Origin: a virus
Virus record (IMG/VR): IMGVR_UViG_3300042446_001683
Reading direction: 5' to 3' (one strand)
Length of the DNA stretch: 64,000 nt
The notes below the pieces were generated by a model that made no database searches, was not told the origin of the DNA, and saw nothing but the letters and a program-made list of their open reading frames with translations. A program made the position numbers and the translations under genes. Positions 58,001 through 64,000 of the stretch are shown here, piece after piece; the stretch's first letter is position 1, and each line of letters starts with the position of its first letter.

Positions 58001-58562
58001 TGCTGTTTTTTATCCTACATTTGTAGATTCTAATAACACACCAGCATCAAATGAAGCTTTATACACCTCAGATAGAATAACTTTTAATCCTGGAGGGCAA
58101 GTTTTAAATGTCCGAGGACTTTCTGCACAAAATATCCAAGTCACAAGTTCATTAACTGTTAGCGGTTCATTAATATTTACACCACCAACATCTCCTGCAT
58201 TTAATGGTGAAATAGTAAGATTTGGAGCAGGTACACTAACAACAGGACAACTATACTTTCTTAGTTCATCTGGTACATGGTCACTTGCAAATGCTAATTC
58301 AACAGGTAGTAGTACAGGTATGTTAGGTATAGCAGTTGGCTCATCACCAACAACACAAGGATTATTAGTTAGAGGATATGCGGCTAGTTCTTCATATACA
58401 ACAGCAACTGGATCAATTTTGTATGTTGCTACTTCATCTGGTTTAATAACAGCAACACCACCTTCTTCATCAAACCATGTAGTTAGAGTTATTGGGTATA
58501 AAACAACTTTATCAGACACAATTTATTTCACACCAGACCCAACTTGGGTAACATTAGCATAA
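55071..58562 (+). CDS. Long tail fibre/adhesin with YadA-head-like SHAEG repeats
   Basis: MPNWKKVVVSGS start; dozens of approximately 14-aa xxAxGxxSHAEG repeats. Confidence 0.8.
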   Translation: MPNWKKVVVSGSNAILNSVTASFTGSLTGALIGTASWATNATNAVVTVTTANSDMYLGLASTTGVTGILADTSGITYNPSTNTLGGAYTSTGTHKGTFQVNSINTAGTYYPVFAGGAGDTILYADGDATFNYNPGGNLLSVGAVSATSLTGSHLGNTVGTASWATNSSTASFVNTLNQNVLITGSVTIGSSSLGPSENTLTLGARDSVNEGGQIGFNAPGGTYTSASFIDLYQNRIRILKGTNASSTGEVITWNLGTLQMVLPAYTNASSFPGTATANLAVDSSGNVITVSTAGGAAFPFTGSALITGSLGVTGSTSIQGTLNQGSASIASGLFSHVQGLLTTASGIYSHAEGDSTHASGSYSHAEGSLSRAFGNYSHAEGSNSLAEGNYSHAEGTSLAIGDVSHAEGVGIAVGDYSHAEGTGTTSGSYSHAEGNGTITSGSYSHAEGSTTNAIGNSSHAEGSSTKTGITTAYASTVSSGVVTLNSTYGDVSLEFATDNNLLLYDTPFDAIYGTSTFIISQSYFSSPNTIVELVDTSVTTTTAYVGSLNYGVSGWIGDSTIPGDYSHAEGNTSAAVGGSSHAEGRETIAVGASSHAEGRGTNAIGGGSHAEGYLTIAVGGFSHAEGVETQAIGDVSHAEGEGTIASGFASHAEGAETKAIGPYSHAEGRRTSASGDWSHAEGANTKALGTWSHAEGLGTVASGSYQHVQGQYNISSSAESAFIIGNGINDANRSNLVFASGSQFQITGSALITGSLGVTGSFNQGSASLASGLFSHVQGLANTASGIYSHAEGNSTHASGSYSHAEGLGTIASGSWSHAEGRSAISIGAFSHAEGRDTVASGSNSHAEGNNTQAIGDNSHAEGAATQAIGQGSHAEGFNTVASGSYQHVQGQYNLFSSAESAFIIGNGTSGAARSNLVFASGSQFQITGSLRVSGSITGSLFGTASWAQSASNAIIAIDATSAEAAKTVRTISSSVNAVFYPTFVDSNNTPASNEALYTSDRITFNPGGQVLNVRGLSAQNIQVTSSLTVSGSLIFTPPTSPAFNGEIVRFGAGTLTTGQLYFLSSSGTWSLANANSTGSSTGMLGIAVGSSPTTQGLLVRGYAASSSYTTATGSILYVATSSGLITATPPSSSNHVVRVIGYKTTLSDTIYFTPDPTWVTLA
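56070..57740 (+). repeat. Coding tandem repeats of about 42 bp (TCACACGCAGAAGG core) with block duplications
   Basis: Visible repetition encoding SHAEG; duplicated blocks at about 55971-56170/57309-57490 and 57165-57316/57708-57860. Confidence 0.85.
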
Positions 58563-58563
58563 T

Positions 58564-59391
58564 ATGGGAATACAGATTCTAAATAAAGACGTAAGTGTTA
58601 TTTCTAATGTTATGGTAACACCAAAAGCAAGTATTGGTAGTATATTTGGTACAACTGGTTGGGCAAGTGGAGGTGGATTTGCACCTGGAGATTTTGCTTT
58701 TAATGATGGGAATATTGATTACACAACAAATACTGTGACTTTTACTAAAAGTGGTAGGTTGTATATTGAAGGTGTTGCTGATGGTGAACAGGAATCACAA
58801 GGTTATCTAAATGGTCAACAAATGTTTTTCTATTCAATATCTGCAAGTGCAATAGCAAACCCAAATCAATTTAACGACTTGAATGGTGCTTATAATGACT
58901 TATTTTATTTTGGAAGATATGGAGTATTTGATGTAAGTATTGGTAATACTATGTATTTTATTAACTTTGGTGCAGGTAGTCCTTTTGATTCTTCTGTGGG
59001 TACTGCAACCTTTAGAATTAATAGTTTTACAGGAACACTTATTGATAGTTTTACAGCAACTAAGGTTGGAGGTTGTTATCTTACAACAGCAACAGTTCAG
59101 TTTAAAGGATTGTTAGATGACGGTCCTGAGTTAACGGCAATGAGAACATTGAGAGAGCATTACAGAGGTGACGTGTATTACGATGATTTGATTGCAGAGT
59201 ATTACCAAAATGCAGGATTAATTATTCAAGGAATTGAGAACAGCTTAGATCCAAGTGTTGACTACGAATTTATTTATCAAAGTGTTCTAAAAGTTAAAGA
59301 CTACGTAGACCAATCTATGTGGATAGAGGGGTGGAATGAATATTACGAAACCTATTTAACTTTAAAAGCCAAATATATTATAAATGTTTAA
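58564..59391 (+). CDS. Fibre-associated protein with C-terminal CFI-box-CTERM-like domain
   Basis: GGCYLTTA......DD.PEL..MR.LRE.Y....LIAEYY. Confidence 0.6.
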   Translation: MGIQILNKDVSVISNVMVTPKASIGSIFGTTGWASGGGFAPGDFAFNDGNIDYTTNTVTFTKSGRLYIEGVADGEQESQGYLNGQQMFFYSISASAIANPNQFNDLNGAYNDLFYFGRYGVFDVSIGNTMYFINFGAGSPFDSSVGTATFRINSFTGTLIDSFTATKVGGCYLTTATVQFKGLLDDGPELTAMRTLREHYRGDVYYDDLIAEYYQNAGLIIQGIENSLDPSVDYEFIYQSVLKVKDYVDQSMWIEGWNEYYETYLTLKAKYIINV

Positions 59392-59412
59392 TGTTTATAC
59401 ACTTTAATAAAA

Positions 59413-59442
59413 CTTGGCTTATAAAATCTTTATTATTATATT
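59413..59442 (+). promoter_or_regulatory. Class A promoter CTTGGC-N18-TATATT
   Basis: Recurrent motif at the start of the replication module. Confidence 0.65.
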
Positions 59443-59459
59443 ATTAGAAAATAAAGGTT

Positions 59460-60737
59460 ATGTATTGGTTAGTAGAAACTAAAGATCAATTAAGAGAATT
59501 TTTTAATCAGGACTATAAAGAAGTCTTTGTTGAGATTATTCCTTATCATAACCATATTCATCCTGCTTTAAATGATGTATGTTTAGTCTATATTAGACCA
59601 ACTTATGATTCTAAAGGATATATGTTTTGTATTGACCACAGTGAAACAATGTCACTTGGAAAAACATATCTTGAAAAATTATTAAAACATATAGACACAG
59701 TTTATGTTAGGGATAAAAAATCATTTCTATACTACTTTCAATTAAATAAAGTAACAGATATTTCTTCTATTAAACATATAGAAACACCATCTGAACCTGT
59801 ATTTGATATTTTTTATAGGAAACATCCTAATAAAACAGATATTAATAAAATAATTCCTATAGTTAAGCATTATGAGGTTTGTGAGAATATTTATACTCAA
59901 CTCCAACAAATTATATTGGACCCAAAACCAGAATATGTTAAATTTTATAATAAAGGTGCTTTAGCATTTTTTGGAATTGAAAAGAATGGAATTAAAATTA
60001 ATGAAGACAAGTTTTATAAATACTATGAACCAAATAATAGCTTATACTCGATACACGATAGTAGGGTGTTTACTCAATATAACCTTAATACTACAACCAG
60101 ACGCCCATCCAATGCATTTAATAGCATTAACTTCGCTGCTCTAAAGAAAGACAACCACTCAAGAGCAAGCTTTATACCACAAAACAATGAATTTCTTGAA
60201 ATTGATATTTCTGCATACCATCCGACTTTGGCTGGACAACTGGTTTCTCATGAATTTAGTAACCCTGATATTCACGCTGATTTTGCTAGCATGTATGGCG
60301 TAGACTACGCTAAAGCAAAAGAACTAACATTTAAGCAGTTATATGGAGGAGTATTTGAAGAATACAAATCACTTCCATTTTTCCAAAAAATTCAAACATA
60401 TGTTCAAAAACAATGGAAATTGTTTAATGAACAAGGCTTTATTAACGCCCCTATATCAGGTTATATGTTTAAAAAGGATTCATTAGAGAATATGAATCCA
60501 CAAAAATTATTCAATTATATTTTACAAAACCTAGAAACATCTACAAACATAAGTATACTACTTAAGATTCATAAGATATTAACAGGTAAAAATACTAAAA
60601 TAGTTTTATACACATATGACTCATTTCTACTTGATTGGGATGAAGATGAAGAGCAAGAATTAGAACAGATCAAAAATATATTTAAGGAAATGAAGTTATC
60701 AATAAAAATTAATGGAGGGAAGAATTATGACTTTTAA
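59460..60737 (+). CDS. Compact, divergent family A DNA polymerase-like protein
   Basis: TTTRRPSN, motif A EIDISAYHP, motif B KAKELTFKQLYG, NYILQ, motif C YTYDSFL. Confidence 0.75.
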   Translation: MYWLVETKDQLREFFNQDYKEVFVEIIPYHNHIHPALNDVCLVYIRPTYDSKGYMFCIDHSETMSLGKTYLEKLLKHIDTVYVRDKKSFLYYFQLNKVTDISSIKHIETPSEPVFDIFYRKHPNKTDINKIIPIVKHYEVCENIYTQLQQIILDPKPEYVKFYNKGALAFFGIEKNGIKINEDKFYKYYEPNNSLYSIHDSRVFTQYNLNTTTRRPSNAFNSINFAALKKDNHSRASFIPQNNEFLEIDISAYHPTLAGQLVSHEFSNPDIHADFASMYGVDYAKAKELTFKQLYGGVFEEYKSLPFFQKIQTYVQKQWKLFNEQGFINAPISGYMFKKDSLENMNPQKLFNYILQNLETSTNISILLKIHKILTGKNTKIVLYTYDSFLLDWDEDEEQELEQIKNIFKEMKLSIKINGGKNYDF

Positions 60738-61170
60738 ATCAAACTATGATATGTATGACGCGAACAACGCTAATATTAAGGATTTGAATAATAAGTTATT
60801 TTGCACATTCACAAGTGGTGAGGAATTAGATGAGTTGGTAAGTGAATTATCTACTGTCTACACTATCATGTACAACAAAATGTTTGTGTTATTTGTTAAA
60901 AGCACAAATGAATATGTTATCACATATAATGTCGATCAAGGTAATGTAAATTCAATCCCCGAGAATACAATTCTAGTTCATCGTAAAAAAGAAACCAATA
61001 CACTTTATACTATAAACGCTCTAAATGAACTTATTAAAAAGTTGAATGGAGGAGTAGTTGATATGGCTTATAGAGTAAATTGGCCTCACTATAAAAATAG
61101 TATATTATTAACCCAACATAATGAATTAAAACAATTGAATACAAAGGTATTCAAGATCATTGAATTATAA
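60727..61170 (+). CDS. Hypothetical phage protein (start uncertain: 60712/60727/60751)
   Basis: LFCTF, TYNVD, HRKKETNTLYTINALN. Confidence 0.6.
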   Translation: MTFKSNYDMYDANNANIKDLNNKLFCTFTSGEELDELVSELSTVYTIMYNKMFVLFVKSTNEYVITYNVDQGNVNSIPENTILVHRKKETNTLYTINALNELIKKLNGGVVDMAYRVNWPHYKNSILLTQHNELKQLNTKVFKIIEL

Positions 61171-61230
61171 GGTACGTAACGTTAAAGAAACACTACGAGA
61201 AAAGGCATTTTAAAAGCTTGTATTAGCTAA

Positions 61231-61260
61231 CTTGGCCTATTAATAAAAATGTAGTATATT
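61231..61260 (+). promoter_or_regulatory. Class A promoter CTTGGC-N18-TATATT
   Basis: Recurrent motif. Confidence 0.65.
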
Positions 61261-61289
61261 AAATAGTAACAATTTAAAACCAAATAAAA

Positions 61290-62138
61290 ATGGACATCAA
61301 TGCGATTAAACAGAGATTAAGCTCTCTACAGTCATCAGGCGCCAAGAAAGAAAAGGTTGACTATTCCAAGTATTATTGGAAGCCTAAAGCCGAAGGTAAG
61401 TATCAAATCCGAGTGGTACCTTCAGTATTAAACAAGAGTAACCCATTTCAAGAAGTGTTCGTACACTACGGGTTCTCAAAATTCCCAATTTATGCTCTAA
61501 CCAACTGGGGTGAAAAAGATCCAATTGTTGAGTTTGCAAAATCACTTCGTACTACACAAGAAAAAGAAAACTGGCAATTGGCTAAGAAATTAGATCCAAA
61601 AATGAGAGTTTTTGCTCCTGTAGTTGTTCGTGGTGAAGAAGAAAAAGGTGTTCGCCTTTGGGAGTTCGGAAAAGAAATCTATATGCAATTATTAGGTATT
61701 GCTGAGGATGAGGATTATGGAGATTTCACTGACATCAACGAAGGACGTGACTTTACAGTTGATGTAGTAACAGGTGATATTGGTGGTCGTCAAGGATTGA
61801 AATCATCAATTCGTGTTAAACCTAAAACGTCACCACTAGGTTCTGATAAAGAAACTATCAAAATGTGGTTAACTGAGCAACCAAATGTTCTTGAGTTACA
61901 ACGCAAAACTGCGTTTGATGATCTTAAAACTATTTTAGCTAATTTCTTAAACCCAGAGGTTGAAGAGACAGTAGCAGTTGAAGTAGATGAAGATGAAGAT
62001 CCGATCATGGCTAAAGCACAAGAAGAGCCTAAAACAAACTATAGTTTAAAGGCAGCACCAGTAGCTAAGGTATCTAAAGCGGATAAGTTCGATGCTTTGT
62101 TTGACGACGAAGAAGAAGGCGAAGGCTCACCATTCTAA
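61290..62138 (+). CDS. Single-stranded DNA-binding protein (gp32-like)
   Basis: WKP..G...IRVVP, VRGEEE.GV.LWEFGK, D..EGRDF; acidic tail ending PF. Confidence 0.8.
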   Translation: MDINAIKQRLSSLQSSGAKKEKVDYSKYYWKPKAEGKYQIRVVPSVLNKSNPFQEVFVHYGFSKFPIYALTNWGEKDPIVEFAKSLRTTQEKENWQLAKKLDPKMRVFAPVVVRGEEEKGVRLWEFGKEIYMQLLGIAEDEDYGDFTDINEGRDFTVDVVTGDIGGRQGLKSSIRVKPKTSPLGSDKETIKMWLTEQPNVLELQRKTAFDDLKTILANFLNPEVEETVAVEVDEDEDPIMAKAQEEPKTNYSLKAAPVAKVSKADKFDALFDDEEEGEGSPF

Positions 62139-62154
62139 ATAAATAAAAACTTAT

Positions 62155-63240
62155 ATGGCCAAAAAGAAAGAATCTTTAATGACAGCGGTCTCTGCTGAAA
62201 TGAAAGCTAGTTTTAATCTAGATAAATTTAAAGAGAAAAAATTACTTAACACAACTGTTAAGTTTAAAGAACAAAGATGGATTCCATTCTCTGAAGCATT
62301 ACAAGATTCAACTTCACTTCCAGGTGCAGCGGTAGGACATATTAATCTCTTAAGAGGACACAGTAACACAGGTAAAACAACAGCATTACTTGAGTTGGCA
62401 ATTAATGCCCAGAAAATGGGCATTTTGCCTGTGTTTATTATTACAGAGATGAAATGGTCTTGGGAACATGCTAAACAAATGGGTTTCCAAGTTGAAGATG
62501 TTGTAGATGAATCAACAGGAGAAGTGTTAGACTATAAAGGATTCTTCCTATATACTGATAGAAGTTCATTAGGGACTATTGAAGATGTAGCAGAATTTAT
62601 AGCTGACTTGTTAGATGAGCAAAAGAAAGGTAATTTACCTTATGACTTATGCTTCTTCTGGGACTCAATTGGCTCTATACCTTGTAAAATGAGTGTTGAA
62701 CAGAATAAAAACAATCCAATGTGGAATGCAGGTGCAGTATCACAACAGTTTGGTAATTTTATTAATCAACGTTTCCCATTATCAAGGAAAGAATCATCAC
62801 CATATACAAATTCAATGGTTGCAATTAATAAGATCTGGGTCGCACCAGCTGAAAATATGTTTGCTCAACCTAAAATGAAAATGAAAAACGGTGAGACAAT
62901 GTTTTTAGACGCTTCAATTGTATTAACATTTGGTAATATTACTAATAGTGGTACAAGTAAATTAAAAGCAACTAAGGATGGTAAAGAAGTTGAATTCGCA
63001 GTTCGTACTAAAGTAGCAGTAGATAAAAATCATGTCACAGGATTACAAACTAAAAATACAGTTGTAGCTACAATACACGGTTTTATTCAAGATGATAACA
63101 AGGATATTGCTGACTATAAGAAACAACATGCTCATGAATGGGTGCATATTTTAGGTAGTATTGATGGAATTGGTCTCGCTGAAGATAAGTCCGAATGGGA
63201 TGAGAGTAAAGAGAACATTACATTAATTGACGAAGAATAA
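62155..63240 (+). CDS. recA: RecA/UvsX-like recombinase
   Basis: GHSNTGKTT Walker A, FIITE, FWDSIGS Walker B, VDKNH. Confidence 0.85.
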   Translation: MAKKKESLMTAVSAEMKASFNLDKFKEKKLLNTTVKFKEQRWIPFSEALQDSTSLPGAAVGHINLLRGHSNTGKTTALLELAINAQKMGILPVFIITEMKWSWEHAKQMGFQVEDVVDESTGEVLDYKGFFLYTDRSSLGTIEDVAEFIADLLDEQKKGNLPYDLCFFWDSIGSIPCKMSVEQNKNNPMWNAGAVSQQFGNFINQRFPLSRKESSPYTNSMVAINKIWVAPAENMFAQPKMKMKNGETMFLDASIVLTFGNITNSGTSKLKATKDGKEVEFAVRTKVAVDKNHVTGLQTKNTVVATIHGFIQDDNKDIADYKKQHAHEWVHILGSIDGIGLAEDKSEWDESKENITLIDEE

Positions 63241-63241
63241 A

Positions 63242-64000
63242 ATGGATAAAAAAGATTTATTCCGGTTATTAGATAATATTAAACCAGGAGACGATGAAGA
63301 AGTCACAGGTACATTTTCAAAACATGATAAAGTATTAATTATAGATGGTTTAAATCTATTCTTAAGAAACTTCGCAGTATTGAATTATGTTAACCAGGGA
63401 GGAGTTCATGTTGGTGGTTTAGGTGGTTTTTTAAGATCATTAAGTTTTCTAATTAACACAAATAAACCTACATCTGTGTATATTGTATTCGACGGAGTGG
63501 GTTCTTCCATAAACAGGAAGAACTTACTCCCGGAATACAAATCAGGTAGGAATCAAACCCGAATGACTAACCATGATACATTTGATGATTTAGATGAAGA
63601 ACATGAGTCTAAAGTAAATCAAATTTCTCGACTCATTCACTATTTAAGGTGTTTACCTGTCAATCTAATTATGCTCGATAAGGTCGAGGCAGATGACATT
63701 ATAGCGCATTTATCCCGTTATATGGCCACTAAATACGACAGCAAATGCACAATTGTGTCGGCGGATAAAGATTTCTTACAACTAGTAGACGATAACATAA
63801 CAGTTTATAGTCCTATGGTTAAAGAATATTATACACCAAAACTAGTAAAAGAAAAATTTGGCCTCCCAGCTCATAATTTTATCTTATATAAGACATTAAT
63901 GGGTGATAATTCAGATAAAATACCAGGAGTACAAGGATTAGGACCTAAAAAGTTATTTAAATTGTTCCCTGAATTAGCAGATAGAGAAATGACTTTAGAA
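63242..64000 (+). CDS. 5'-3' exonuclease / T4 RNase H-like (3'-truncated by window edge)
   Basis: Hand translation: LIIDGLN, VFDG, RK..LPEYKSGR, EADDII, SADKDFLQL, GDNSDKIPGVQGLGPK. Confidence 0.9.
   Translation, partial: MDKKDLFRLLDNIKPGDDEEVTGTFSKHDKVLIIDGLNLFLRNFAVLNYVNQGGVHVGGLGGFLRSLSFLINTNKPTSVYIVFDGVGSSINRKNLLPEYKSGRNQTRMTNHDTFDDLDEEHESKVNQISRLIHYLRCLPVNLIMLDKVEADDIIAHLSRYMATKYDSKCTIVSADKDFLQLVDDNITVYSPMVKEYYTPKLVKEKFGLPAHNFILYKTLMGDNSDKIPGVQGLGPKKLFKLFPELADREMTLE

Noticed and set aside
2-62878. All minus-strand ORFs and short alternative-frame plus-strand ORFs in the track
   Set aside because: They are shadows of longer, motif-bearing plus-strand genes, show no recognisable motifs, and the regulatory signals point in the + direction
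1-64000. Stop-codon reassignment (TAG/TGA recoding seen in some Bacteroidota phages)
   Set aside because: Core genes are intact under code 11, and TAA, TAG and TGA all end genes at sensible positions

Overview
AT-rich segment of a large T4-like (myovirus) phage genome. Every credible gene is on the + strand and reads in standard genetic code 11. The host is probably Bacteroidota, judged from TTGGC-N18-TATATT promoters, A-rich start regions without Shine-Dalgarno sites and an Hc1-like gene. Gene order: (i) about 0.6-16 kb, a late-promoter cluster of small enzymes, basic modules and polyproteins, many carrying K-L-x-x-[LI]-[LI]-x-E-type leaders and [IL]-x-E junctions typical of prohead-protease-processed internal head proteins; (ii) FAD oxidoreductase, HExxH/VWA protein, MoxR-like AAA, DUF6884-like protein, glycosyltransferase and kinase; (iii) head module (terminase, portal, protease, scaffold, major capsid), PhoH, neck, sheath, tube, tail chaperone with an apparent programmed frameshift, tape measure, baseplate hub and fibres; (iv) start of the replication module (compact PolA-like enzyme, gp32-like SSB, RecA/UvsX, 5'-3' exonuclease). 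The best candidate for an undescribed system is a capsid cargo-loading and processing system: a shared leader, protease-cleavable polyproteins and a scaffold-like F-x-[KR]-M-Q-[KR]-x-A-G motif. Other leads are a pervasive [ST]-[GA]-S motif in exterior virion proteins (possible glycosylation sequon) and several structured-RNA candidates. No tRNA, rRNA, CRISPR array or mobile element was seen. All family assignments come from recognising motifs by eye, not from database searches.
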